Below, one piece after another: positions 12,517 to 25,478 of a stretch of DNA of 64,000 nt. The position numbers and the translations under genes were made by a program. Source of the stretch: Neoconidiobolus thromboides FSU 785 (Eukaryota; Fungi; Entomophthoromycota); assembly GCA_025603075.1 (NCBI GenBank), contig MU626274.1, forward strand, positions 118,943 to 182,942. Reading direction: 5' to 3'. The notes below the pieces were generated by a model that ran no database searches, was not told the DNA's origin, and saw only the letters and a program-made list of their open reading frames with translations. Numbering within the stretch: the stretch's first letter is position 1; every line of letters starts with the position of its first letter.

Positions 12517-12943
12517 ATGTAGATATAATAGGCTAGAAGATGACAGAAGGAGGTTTGATGTCGCTTATATAGAGTTTTCAGGGATTGTAAAGATGTATTT
12601 AAGTTTGAAAAAGTTACAAATAGATTTTTATTGTATCAATAAAGTTAACTTATTGATTTATTTGTTACTTTGATTATTAATTATTGAGTGTATGAAAAAT
12701 TCACACATGTTAAATGAAAACATTTAAATATCCGGGTTTTATTTTAAAAAGTTAATATGAAGAGATAATATAACATTGATTGTACTTTTTGAAAAATATT
12801 AATTTTATACTAAAATGAAAAACTGCCCAAATAAGAAATATTCTTCTAATTTCCGAATCTATCATTTTGAAACATAAATGGAAACCTTAAAATCTAATCA
12901 AAGCCCAAATTTTCCTCTTTTTTTACTTTTCTTTAAAAAAATT

Positions 12944-13093
12944 ATGAAATATATATATCTATACTTTTTATTTTTTGCCATTGTCTTGCTTTGTTACACC
13001 TCCAAAAGAGAAAGGCCAGCTCGCGTTAAGCCCATGGGTATCTTTATTGATGACAGCCCACTAGATTTTCATCCTTTTGAAAACACAAGTTAG
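12944..13093 (+). CDS. Putative 49-aa secreted peptide precursor
   Basis: MKYIYLYFLFFAIVLLCYTS then KRERPARVKPMGIFIDDSPLDFHPFENTS; coding-like GC bump in AT-rich surroundings. Confidence 0.4.
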   Translation: MKYIYLYFLFFAIVLLCYTSKRERPARVKPMGIFIDDSPLDFHPFENTS

Positions 13094-13363
13094 ATTAATT
13101 TTTAGCTATGAAATAAAGTTACAAATTTTTTTATTGAAAAATGCAAGGATATTGAATATAATGGCTTGTGACAATATTTACTGATAATGCTCCTTTAGTT
13201 TTCGTTTGTTTTAAAATTATTAAAATTACAACTTGTCTAAAATGTAAATTAGCTACAATTATTTTAATATTTGCAAATTATCTAAAAAAAATTACCTGTA
13301 GTCTGGCGATAAGTATATTTATTGAAAATACCTCATTAGATCTATATTCTTATAATAAACTCA

Positions 13364-13455
13364 ATGAGGATATTTTTTTAATTTTATTACTTTTTTCATT
13401 TAAGCGCTATTTGAGCAGAAACATTGTTAAAATTCTTAAAAATATATCCCCATAT
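13364..13455 (-). mobile_element. MITE-like repeat, copy 2
   Basis: TAAGCGCTATTTGAG core (reverse complement) and ATATCCCCATAT end. Confidence 0.75.
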
Positions 13456-13544
13456 ATTGATAGTCATAAATAAAATTGAAAAATATACTGAAACAAAGAC
13501 TGAAAGTTAATATTAAAATTTTAAACCATTTTTATTTAAGTCAT

Positions 13545-14225
13545 CTATTTATAAGCCTTCTTAATTTTAGCAACGTAAGTCTTGTAAACAGGTACATGAT
13601 TCAATTTGGTTTCAGCTTGTAGGTTCACGAAACCATTGAAGAGGGTACGGCCACATTTAGGATTGTGTCTAAGTACTTCAGAGATAAAGTCAGCTGTCAA
13701 ATCAGCAATTTCACCTGTAAAGGTAGCTTCAAAGAAAATTTGGAGAGCTTGCCAGTATTTGAAGAATTCTTTATCCTTATTAACATGAGCAGTAGCAATA
13801 GCAAAAATCTTTTCTAATTTTTGTTCTTTACCCTCAAAGAAATCTCCAAAGTCATCGGCGGCTTGCTTAATAATCTCCTTATGTTCAGTACGGATAGCTT
13901 TGACTCCTTTATTGATGTGCTTGGCAATCTTACCTTTAGCGTTGTTAACACCAGCTTTAATTAATGGACGAAGGACTGGACCATATGGGTCTGGGACTGG
14001 AGTATCATACTTCCAGCTAACGAAACCAATAGGGTCCTCTTTAGCTTTCGATAAATAACCTTTATAATCTGGATCTTCAGGTTTAGCGTTGGAGTTAAGC
14101 TCAGCTCTAGAATTAAATTCAGATTCATTGAGCTCACTAATTGCAGTTGGAGCAGCATTGGTATTAATCTGATTGGCAGTAACAGCCGAAAGGACAACAA
14201 GGTTTAATAAGTGACAAAATTTCAT
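13545..14225 (-). CDS. Secreted, predicted helical protein of unknown function (226 aa)
   Basis: Clean intronless ORF, signal peptide MKFCHLLNLVVLSAVTA, elevated GC/codon bias. Confidence 0.75.
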   Translation of the reverse strand: MKFCHLLNLVVLSAVTANQINTNAAPTAISELNESEFNSRAELNSNAKPEDPDYKGYLSKAKEDPIGFVSWKYDTPVPDPYGPVLRPLIKAGVNNAKGKIAKHINKGVKAIRTEHKEIIKQAADDFGDFFEGKEQKLEKIFAIATAHVNKDKEFFKYWQALQIFFEATFTGEIADLTADFISEVLRHNPKCGRTLFNGFVNLQAETKLNHVPVYKTYVAKIKKAYK

Positions 14226-14990
14226 GATTTAGAATAGTATTGTATAGTTCAACTATGGATTAAGCTAACACCGGGTCAACTGGGGATAAATTAATAAAAG
14301 ATATTGAATATAAAGAAATTTTTGAAGATATTTATACTAATTGTATCTTACATAAAATTGTCAATCCTTGCTTATCCTTTTCATTTTGTAGATTTGATGA
14401 GCTTAATTAAAGATTCATGCCAAAATAGTATGAAACAAACAAGAAATTGAACATTGAGTTTAATAGAATTTGGTTTTGTAAAAAGTTATTGGTAGATATC
14501 GGCCGTACTTTTAATTTGTAGAAGAATTGTTGTATTAAGCTTTGATTTTGGCCGTAAATTATTAGAGATTATTTGTTTTTAAAATCTTCCTTTCGATAGC
14601 CCGTTTAATGTCCTATCACCTTAATTTGAAGTTATCTTAAATGTTGATCTTAAATTTTATATTGTTGATCTTTTTTCTTAGCCCTCTTTCTTCATTTATC
14701 TATTTTAGGAATTTAAATTTATTCAGGAATAATTTGTTGCTAAAAATTCTCTATTACAGCTATTACAACTTTTTTGTGACCTTATTAAGTGTTCATTTAA
14801 AAGGTAAACCCATGTCAAAATTTAACTGAAAACAGTACTAGGGACAAAAATCTAATCATATAAAAATTTAATTATAAAAACTATCATTAAAAAGTCGTAA
14901 AAGAGCTGTAATGGTTATATGCAAGCTTAGTATAATTTAATAATAGGCGAGAATTTGAAATAAAATAGAGTAAAATAAAATATTTTTCAA

Positions 14991-15090
14991 ATGTGAGTTT
15001 TTGGTTTCATTACTTTTTCTATTTTTAAACACAATTTGTGTGGAAAAATTGTTAGTAAAATTCTTAAACAAAAAAATACATCCACAAATG
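14991..15090 (-). mobile_element. MITE-like repeat, copy 3 (diverged)
   Basis: GTGGAAAAATTGTTAGTAAAATTCTTAAACAAAAAAATACATCC matches the reverse complement of the consensus. Confidence 0.75.
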
Positions 15091-15973
15091 ACAGCTTTTT
15101 CAAAAATATGAAATTGCCTCTAACTTATGTTATCAAAACAAAGGCTAAAAACAATAGCTAAATTGATTTTAACTATGAAATTAAAAATATTTAATGTTTT
15201 GTAGATAAAATATTCTATCATTTCTTGTCTTGTTTTTATTTCTGAATAAAAAATGAATTGAAACAAAAGCGTTTATGCAGTAAAACATTATATGGGGCAT
15301 TATAAATATACGAATAGTTTTTTATTTAAACAAAATAGTAAACTGATACTTAAAAAGATATATTCTAGTTAATACTCCAGAGTAATGAAAATTTTATCCT
15401 CAAATTTTTAGCTAAACTAAAATTATATACTTATTTTTCGTACTATAAAATATCATACTATATTGCAATGCTCTTGATATTCTTGCATTTGTCTAAACAC
15501 ATGCTAGAAGCTCATTGAACTCGAAAATTATACTATAAGCATAGCTTTGATCAAGATTCCACAATTTCATTTTTAATAAACTTTGCTTCTCTTTACTACA
15601 TCTGCTATTTTTATTAGCCTTTCTCATTGGCCTCTGATCTTCTCCTTCTTGGAACAATTTGTTCAAAAGGCTGCGCGTCTAAATTCGGGTTATTTTCCAA
15701 TAAGTGGGCACTCTTTTTATGCTTATGTCCATAAAGTAGCCCAACTTCCAATAAAATGTCATCAAGTAAAAATATATAGGTTTTTGATTTTTGAATTTTA
15801 AAATAGAAATTTATCTAAATTTAGAAGACATTTGAATTTAAAACTTCAACTCAAAATTCCCATAAAATATTTTAATCCTAATAGTTGAAATTTAATCCAG
15901 TTTAGAAAAATATTTCGAAAATCAAGAAACTAAATAAAAACCATTTTTATAACAAAAATAAGAATACAACAAC

Positions 15974-18120
15974 ATGGGTAAATTAACAAAGAAGAATAAA
16001 TCTGGTAATGCCACCATGTATATCACTCGTAACAGAGCGATCAAGAAGCTCCAAATCACTTTAAATGATTTCAGGTAACTATTAATCTCACTCCCTTATT
16101 TTTCATATTTGACTCAATTTATATAGACGTTTATGTATCATCAAAGGTATCCATCCAGTTGAACCAAAGAACAAAAAGAAAGCCAATTTTGGTATGACCG
16201 GAAATAAAACATTTTATTTTTCAAAAGATATACAATTCCTTTCATATGAACCATTGATACAAACTTTAAGGGATAAAAAAATATTTGCTCGCAAATTAGC
16301 TAAAGCTCAAGCTAAGAAACAGCCCTCTATTGTTAAAAGTTTAAATGACCATAGGCCAGAGTTTGTTTTAGATCATGTTATCAGGGAAAGGTAAGAGTTT
16401 AGAGTGATCTTTATTATTTTTCATTTATTGACTTGCACTTAGATACCCTACTTTTATCGATGCTTTAAGAGATTTAGATGATGCTTTAAGTATGTTATTT
16501 TTGTTTTCTACTATGCCTCCAGCAGATAGAGTTTCCAATAAAGTGGTTAGTGAATGTCAAAGATTGACTAGAGAGTTTTTACATTATGTGATTTACACTA
16601 AATCCTTACGTAAAACTTTTTTATCTATTAAAGGAGTTTATTATCAAGTTGAAATTCATGGACAAGAAATCACTTGGTTGGTTCCTTACCAATTTTCTCA
16701 AAAGGTAAGTTTTAAATGCTTTTATAGTAGTTATAAGGATAAGAATTAATAAGTTGTTTTTAGGTACCAAAATTTGTAGATTTTAAAGTGATGTTACAAT
16801 TTTTAGAAGTTTATACCACCCTTTTAAACTTTGTTAATTTCAAGCTCTATAACGAACTCAATTTTACTTATCCACCAGTAATTGATACTAAATTAGAAAA
16901 CGAGGCTAATTATTTAAAGGCTATTCAAATTGATGCCAATGAAAGTATTGAAAAACAAGATGTTAAAAAAGAAGTTAAGGTAAAATAATATAGTGATGAT
17001 AGTACCATAATATTAATTTACCTTTTATATAGCCAATCAATAAAGCTATGGAATCTCGTCTTGAAACTTTGAATGAAAAGATACAAACTTTAACAACTAA
17101 AGAAGATGATACTGAAGCAACCAATGAAAATCCGGCTGATAAAGAAGAAGACATCGACAATTTCCAAACTACTTTAGAAGCTGATGATGAAGATAGTAAC
17201 CAAGTATTAAAAGCATTGAATGACCGCAATCAAATGAGTAGTTTCCAAGCTTTATTTGCTAATCAAAAATTCTATCTATCAAGAGAAGTGCCTAAAAATT
17301 CCCTTGAATTTGTAATTGAATCTTTTGGTGGACAAGTAGGATGGGATTCTACTATTGCTGGAGGATCCCCGTATAAAGAGGATAATCCAAAAATCACTTA
17401 TCAAGTCACCGATCGTCCAGTAATTCCAAATCGTCGTACTGATCGAATCTATGTACAACCACAATGGATTTATGATTGTATTAATAGTAAGAAATTGATT
17501 AATGAATCTGCCTATGCTCCAGGAAAAGAATTACCTTCCCACCTTTCTCCATTTGTTACTTATAAGGAAGGTGATTATGTACCTGAAGAGGCTTATCAAT
17601 TCGATGGTGAAATGGTTGGTAACTTACCTCAAAGGAAAGAAGAAGAGAAAGAGAAAGAGATTAATATGTCTGATGTGGAAGGTGCTTCAGAGGCAAGAGT
17701 TTTTTTTACTTGAGAGTATGTGCTTAAATAATAACATTTTTATTTTAGGATGAAGAAGAAGAAGAAGAAGAAGAAGAAGAAGAAAAGATTAAAGAAGAAG
17801 CTGAAGAGGAAGAAAAAGAAGAAGATATTAAGAAGGAAGCTAAAGGAGTTACTTACAGTAAAGATGTAAATGCTAAGAGTAAAAAACGTAAGAATGTTAA
17901 ATTAGAAGCTATCGAAAAGGAAGAAGAAGATAAAAAGGAAATGAGTAAAATGATGATGTCAAAGAAACAAAAAAATCTTTATACTAGGCTTACACGTAGT
18001 AACTCAAGAAAGAATCAAGAGGTAAAGAATTAATATATGGTTCAATAAATTAGAATTAATAATGTTTTTTAGACAATTAAATTGGAAGAAAAGAAAAAGG
18101 CAGTTAAAGGGAAAAAATAG
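15974..18120 (+). CDS. NOP7: Pescadillo/Nop7 ribosome biogenesis protein, multi-exon
   Basis: [61 protein letters not shown] region ([13 protein letters not shown]...[10 protein letters not shown]...[12 protein letters not shown]), acidic/basic tail. Confidence 0.96.
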
Positions 18121-19432
18121 ATTTAAGAAGATGGATAGAGGAGCAGAAATATTGATTTATTATAGATTTATTATAGGTTAACTCTTTTTTAATAAAAATT
18201 TTATTTTTACACTTTGGTTTGTAAATGGTTTGATAGGTTATAGTCATATGATCGTTGATGATATCAATAGGTTTATTGTCTATTATATCTGCTAGTTAAT
18301 TTTGATCATTTTTTATGCAAGACAAAGACAAGAATATTAATTAAATATCGAAAAATTAGAAACAATTCCTGTGTCGATTTAGATATTAGCTTTAGTCTTA
18401 AGATTTTGTCCATTTTCTAAAGCTTAAATTTTAAAAATGTTAAATTTGTAAAAAGAAAAATGAACTCTTTTGAGTTTGACATTCTTTAAAAAATGTGGAT
18501 TATGCGGTTCTAAGTAATTGGAAATAAGATTTTGGATAAATTTAAGATTTACTAGTAAACTAAAAAATTCATATAAAATTTAAGTTTATTGTTTATTAAA
18601 AATACAAAATAAACTATTTTAACAATAATAATACTCAATATATATTTCAAATAGCTAAAGTTATGCATAAAACTTGTAGGTTTTATAATCAACTTTAAGC
18701 TTTAGTTGCCCCAGTGTCAGTGTAAAGTTTTTAAGTAAATAGGTTTAAAAGTTCTAAAAGCTTCAACTTGTTTTCAGGGTAAACTTAAAAACAAAGTTGA
18801 TTTATTATGCAATTGTCGTTTTTACCCCATATAAAAAATCGATGGAATTTATCTGTCGGGTTATTTTTATTAGTAATCCTCAATAGAGTATAGAAAAATC
18901 AAACATAATAATAATTAATTTATCATGAATTACAATACAATAATAATAATAAATCTATTGACTAAACAATCCCTTATTGTTAGCTTATTTTTAATTAGTC
19001 AACTTCCATCATAAAATAACTATGAGAACCTTCTAAGCAACTCTTAATTATAGTTTTTGATTTCTAATATTTCATCTTGGGCTATAAAATTAACGCATTA
19101 TTACCAATCTTAAAATGATCTTCCGATCAAGCCCTTTTTAATAATATAACCAATCAAAGCTATTTAATTGTGATAAATACCAATTAATTACCAATAAAAT
19201 TTTGAGAATATTCTAATATCCATCTAACTTTGTACGGTTAAACTATACTTTTTCAAATATCAATAAGAGAATTTAAAGGGTAAAATTAGTTAAAAATTAC
19301 TAATTTAAAATAAAAACATTAGAGTAAACAATTAAGATAAATAAATCATTTATTCTTTTGAATTTTTTAACTTTTTTTAATCTCGTCTTTTTTCATCTTG
19401 TAATTTATAAATAAAGTATACAACTTAATATC

Positions 19433-21490
19433 ATGTTAAACCTGAAAATATACCTGCTGTTGATTTCCTTAATCTATCAAACATTACAGCAGTCATGCAA
19501 AGTAGATAAAGATTGTGATTCCATAGCTTTAAAATCCAATCCATTGCCAATGGCTTCTTTAGGAGCTTATCTATGTATCAAAGAGAAATGTGAATATGCT
19601 GTAAAACCAGGCAAGTTAATTTCTTTCTTATTTAAATAATAATAGCTAACAACTTTTTTTAGGAGAATTATGTATGCAAGCTCAAGACTGCGCATCTTAC
19701 ATTTACCTTTCACGACACAATACAAGCACTTCTTTATTGAATAATATCTGTGATTCAAGTTATTGTACTTTAGAATCCAATTGTGATGGTGCATGGGATA
19801 TATCTGGGGCACCTGAGTTAAGTACTAAACTAAACAAATGTTGTGGGGGTATTAACTCGATTGAAGCGTCCATAAATACGTGTCCATTAAATGGACTGCA
19901 AAATATGGATGTATGTTCCAAAGATTTTTCATGTACTAAAGCGGAAGGGAGGAATGAAGGTCAATGTGAAACCGCAGCTCAACATTATCAAACTTGGATC
20001 GGTGTCGTATTAGTATTGCTTGGAGGAAGTTTATTGAATTTTGGACTAAATTTACAAAAGTTTGCATTAAATCGACACGATAGAAGAGAAAAAGAAAGAA
20101 ATGGGGAAGCAAGTGATGGAAATGTAGATCCTAATGCTAGTACAACTAGAGTGAATAGTGGGCAGAATTTAAGTCCAGATGGCTCAACAGTGATTAGTGA
20201 AGAAGGAAATACAACTTCACATGTTAGACAGAAAAGCAGGATGAGCTTAGAATCACGTAGGCTAGAACGTACCTTTTCATCAAGTTCAAAAGCAGTCAGC
20301 ATGGCTAAAAGTATTGGACACGGGGCAGTTACATTCAAAGATAAAATAGCCAAGGTTTTATCGTCTTGGAAAAGTTCGGTAATTAGTCCAGTAAGTTTTT
20401 TATTATTCTTATTTTTCCAGTTTTTAATTTTTTCTAGTTGTATATAGTAGGTCTATTAATATATATTGGTGCCTCAGGCTTAAATTTTGTAGCTCTACAA
20501 TTTGCACCACAATCTTTAGTTGGGCCTTTAGGCTCTGTTTCTTTAATTACAAATATTATTTTGGCACCTTTAATGAACAAAGAAAAATTAGGCAAAACGG
20601 ATTTTATTGGGATAGCATTAATCATCGGTGGTTGTGTTATGGTAGTATTTTTTGCTGGTATTGTACAGCATGACTATAGGCTATGTGTTTTGTATAGTTT
20701 ATTTTCTCAAACGCCTACTATTATCTATTTAACTTTAATTTTTGGCCTTTTGTTTTTAACTTTTTGTTATATTAAAGTAGTAGAGAAAAATTTGGATAAT
20801 TCTACTCCTACAACCCCAGTTGAAATGAAAGTACCAGAAGTATTAAGTAGTGAAAATACAGCTTATTCTGCTCAAGTATCTCCAATTCAAAGTAATATCA
20901 ATCGTAATCAAGTAATAGCTATACATAAAGATCAAAGTAATACTATAGAGATGAAAAAGAAAACGAGTGAAACATCCACCCATAAATTAAAAAAATCAAG
21001 AAAATGCCGATTATTTGATCCAGATCATTCTATTTTCGATTTTATAATACCAACAATCAAGAATAGAATTACACGCACCTCTAAACATTATAAATATTTT
21101 TTACCTATAGCGTACGCTGGTCTGGGTAGTTTAATGGCTACGCTTACTACTCTATTCGCTAAAACTTTAATCAATTTATTAAGTGTAAGTATATTTCAGG
21201 GAGATAATCAATTTAATAACTGGTTGCCTTGGATCATTTTATTATTTGTTGCCTTTACTGCATTTTCTCAAGTTTATTGGATTATGTTGGGACTAAGAAG
21301 GTACGATGCTCTTTTACAGGTGCCTGTATTTTATGTTATTTGGACAGTATTTGATATCATTGGTGGTGGTGTTTATTTTAATGAGTTTAGGGATTTTACG
21401 CCTTTGAAGTATGGTATGTTTTGCTTGGGTGTAGCCATTATTTTTACTGGTGTGGCGGTGTTGGCACATAGAATGTCAAGGATTAAGTAG
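19433..21490 (+). CDS. NIPA/DUF803-family Mg2+ transporter-like protein with signal peptide and Cys-rich N-terminal ectodomain; 3 exons
   Basis: LNFGLNLQKFA, GLNFVALQFAPQSLVGPLGSVSLITNIILA, QVYWIMLGLRRYDALLQVPVFYVIWT...GGGVYFNEF. Introns at ~19611-19662 and ~20391-20449. Confidence 0.88.
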
Positions 21491-22154
21491 AGTGATAGGG
21501 AGTAGTTATTTAAGGCTAAAAAGACGTTGAGGCTGAAGCTTTGATTTATAAATGTAATAGTATAATATGTAACAATTAAGTTGCTGGGGGTATAATAATA
21601 ATAATAATAGTAATAAAAAATAGCTTGTATTCATTAAGAATTGATTTATTTTTTAATTCAATATCAAGTTTTATTTTTATATACATATAAAATAATTTAC
21701 TAAACTATATGGAATTTTACAAATTGACTTGTTATTTATAAATCCAGCATAATAGTTGGTAAATAAAGTGTATCATTGCTATCATTACAAAGGTAGTAAT
21801 ACATTTTTTAGTATTGTAAGTGTTACACTATATTAATCATAAATTACCTGTGGATTATATAGCAATCATTGTTATGTAATAGGCATTCTGATTAGTATAA
21901 ATAGGTTAAATTCATAAATAATTTGTTAGTTAAACTTTTTATATTTAAAGTAGAATGAAATTAATTATGTTAAACTGAACAATTCATATCAACCAGTAAA
22001 AAATTTATTAATGATTTCTATTTTTTCATTGGTTCTATCGTTATCAACATTTTCAGATGACTTCTACATAAAAAAAGAGAATTTTGTAGTAGAAACTTTT
22101 TATATAATATCCCAACTTCCATTATTATCAGCTTCTATAACATAATATATTATA

Positions 22155-24936
22155 ATGTCCAATTCCTATTTTAAAACTGTCTCTAATTATTTATCAAGTT
22201 ATTTTTATTTAACAGCGGAAGATGGGAAAAGAGAACAATCAAAAGAAGAAGAAGCAGAAAAGCAGGCAACAGATAAAGCGGGTAAAGTAAAAGAGATAAA
22301 ATTACAAAGTAAGAATAATAATAAAAAAGAGAAATCCAAAAAAAGGATAGCAAAGATTAAAGAGGTAGATTTGGGAGATGGAGATAGTGTAGATGTGGAA
22401 AGAGACAACAGTTCCGACTTGGGAAATAGTAGAGCATTGAGGTTAACTAAAGATGAAGAAAATGAATTATTTTTTGAAAGCGGTGGTAGTATACCAGAAG
22501 GGAAGGAAAAGGGATTAACGGATGGCGAAGATGGAGATATGGTAGGCTTGGATTTATTTAAAAAAATGGAGCAGATCAAACAAGAAGTAGGGGAAAATTG
22601 GTTAAAAGTATACAATGAAAGTTTAGGTAGTGTTAAAAGAGCTGGTGGAAAGAAAAAGGAGGAACGTAAAAAAGTGGATTTAACTAAATTTAATTTTCAG
22701 TATTTGAATCCAAATGGGGAAGAAGAAGGTAAATGTTTTTTAATGGACAATTATGCTTTTATTCATGTTATTTTTAGGGAGTTTGAACGAGAATAAGGAA
22801 GATATAACAAGACAGGGGCCTGTTGATAAGGAAGAGAATATAGATAAATTAGATAAAAATAGCGCAGAAGAAGAAAAAGTAGACCAAGAAACGATACCCG
22901 AAGAAAAGGTGGAAGATCAATTAGAAGAAGAAAATAAGTTGCCAGAAGGAGCTAGTTTTGATATTGAGATGAATATGATTGACTTAACTAGAATTGAAAG
23001 CAAACATCCAGAATATCATCAAAAACATGAATCGAAGTGGATATTTAGTGAAGAAATATTATACATTTTTGATTTAAACGATGAAATAATTGAACAAATA
23101 CAGTATTTTGATATAAGTAAACTGTTAAAGTTAAATTATAAAGAGCATGGATTAAGATTAGAAGTCAGAAAAGAAGCTAACGTATGGCCATTATTGTTGG
23201 ATATTATTTGTTTTAATGAAACAAAATATAAAAAGATTATAAGTTTATTAAAGAAGGAAGTAAAAAAGAATCAAGAAATGGTAAGCAAATTGTATAAACA
23301 AGGCAAATGTTTAAAGTGTGATTGGATAGGTTATTTATCCGATATAACAACTCAATTGGAAATAGATACTCAATTTATTGACGATTTAAAATTACCTTAT
23401 GCCAAACTTGAAGTGCAAAAAGAAATTCATTGTTTGAAATGTAATAGTAATTTATTAATCGAATTTTATGGCGATTTGCCGGAAGAGCACCGTAATGAAG
23501 GAGGTATTATGCCCGCTATTAAAGCATCGTCTCAAATGATTACTTCAATTACTAATTTAGCCAATCCAAAATTTTATTACGATAATTTATTCAATAAAGG
23601 AAAAGAAGTAGAAGGAGAAGAAAATGAAGAAGAAGATAAAGTAGAAATAAATGAAATTAGTAAATTGCCATCATATAACAATAATAATATCCCATTCCAA
23701 CAATTAAATAATCAACTAAAATTACATTTTGATTTAAATGTATTAACTAATGAAAATGAATTACCTTTAAGTTGGTTACCAGCTACTTATTTAATACAAC
23801 CTTCTCCCTTTTTGAATAATAATAGTGGATGGAATATATTAGGCAATCATAATAACAACAATAATTTAGACAAAGAAAGAAAAGAAGAGAATTTTATATA
23901 TTTATTACTGTCTAATTATAATTTATATTTATTTACAATTAATAATAATTATACAACAGATAACTTAGAAAACTATCTACAAATCATTTATACAATTCCA
24001 TTCGATAAAATTCAACATATTGATATTGGATGCAATCGACAAAGCTTAAGTATTCATTTAAATACATATGAAATGAACAAATATAATAAAAAATTATATG
24101 ATAAATTCAAAACAGAAGTATTACCTAGTAATAGTATAACAGTCATGATACGAGATAAATTAAAATGTACTCAGTTGCTAGATGAATTACTAACTCAATT
24201 TTATGAATTAGAAAGGAAAAAAGTAATTAATCAAGATATATTATGGGGAATTTATAATTTAAGGAAAAGCGTTTTTATTAAAAGGAAGGAAAATGAAATG
24301 AAAACTATTAATCAACAAAAGTTTTATTTAAAAAATAGTGAAATCTATGATGAAGCTTCAGGAGAAAATATTATATTAGATAAAGTTAATTTTGAGTTTC
24401 TGAAATTTGTAGGTGCTATTTATGTATTTGATAAAAATAATAATAGTAAAGAGAATCATATGAAATTATTACCTATTACTTTGATAAATACACCTCAATT
24501 TATTTATTTATGTAATGAAAGGAATGATATTTGGCCACCACCATTAAAAGAATTATTACAATTAAATGAACTTAATGAGCAAGCAAATGAAAAAGAGAGA
24601 GAGGAGACAAAAAAATTAATCAAATGCTTTAATATTGAACAATATCAATTAATGGAATGTATTAAAGTAGATACAATATTGGATATTTCTTTAGAAGAAA
24701 TAAAGTTTTCATGTCATTTGAAAGAAGACAATTCCATTCCTAATGTTAATATTAGTTGTAAAATAACAATCAAAGCAGAGAGATTGAAGATTGATAGGGA
24801 ACCTATAGATGTGCCATTACCAGAATCGGATGATGAAGAAATAAATGAAGAATTAAAATGGGAGTTATTTTTTAATTCTAAAAATGATGGTATGGAATTT
24901 TTAAACGGGGTCAATATGTTATTAACTTGTAATTGA
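22155..24936 (+). CDS. Large acidic protein resembling the C-terminal half of STK11IP/nischarin-like proteins; 5' end uncertain
   Basis: Two long ORFs joined by a short intron (~22730-22775). MEQIKQEVGENWLKVY and PITLINTPQFIYLCNERNDIWPPP resemble nischarin/STK11IP motifs from memory. Confidence 0.55.
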
Positions 24937-25017
24937 TTGTTAAAATAAAGTTATTTTTTATGTTTTGTATTTAAAAGAATTTTCTTAAACTGTTGATTTA
25001 GTTTTGATTATTATTTG

Positions 25018-25119
25018 ATATAGGGTTTTTTTTTAAAGAATTTTACTAATAGTTCTTCCACTCAAATAGTACTTAAAAAATGTAAAAAGTGATGAAATCA
25101 AAGAAAACATTCCCATATG
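25018..25119 (+). mobile_element. MITE-like repeat, copy 4
   Basis: CTTCCACTCAAATAGTACTTAAAAAATG core; ACATTCCCATATG end. Confidence 0.75.
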
Positions 25120-25140
25120 TTAAATTGTAAAATTTGAAGT

Positions 25141-25237
25141 ATAAAAATAAAAATAAAAATAAAAATAAAAATAAAAATAAAAATAAAAATAAAAATAAAA
25201 ATAAAAATAAAAATAAAATAATAAAAATAAAAATAAA
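25141..25237. repeat. (ATAAAA)n microsatellite
   Basis: About 13 perfect hexamer units followed by degenerate units. Confidence 0.9.
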
Positions 25238-25380
25238 GACAAAATAGATGCAATTGTAATAAATAATAATAAAATTGCTAGTTTATTTGTATTAAAATAT
25301 TACAAAATCTCATCTTATAATATTATTCCTTTTGCTAGGATAAATTTAAAGATAACTATTATAAAATACCAAAATTAATT

Positions 25381-25478
25381 ATGGGAGTGTTTTTTTTGAC
25401 TTTACTTTTTCCATTTTTTAAGCGCTATTTGATCGGAAAAATTGTTAGTAAAATTCTTAAAAAAAATACGTCTCCTTA
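25381..25478 (-). mobile_element. MITE-like repeat, copy 5
   Basis: ATGGGAGTGTTTTTTTTGACTT...TAAGCGCTATTTGA...AATACGTCTCC. Confidence 0.8.

Noticed and set aside
17750-17830. (GAA)n run
   Set aside because: Encodes the normal poly-Glu acidic tail of Nop7.
21740-22150. Possible small spliced gene on the minus strand (fragments KSSENVDNDRTNEKIEIINKFF, ECLLHNNDCYII)
   Set aside because: Splicing can be forced, but there is no convincing start, no homology and the product is very short.
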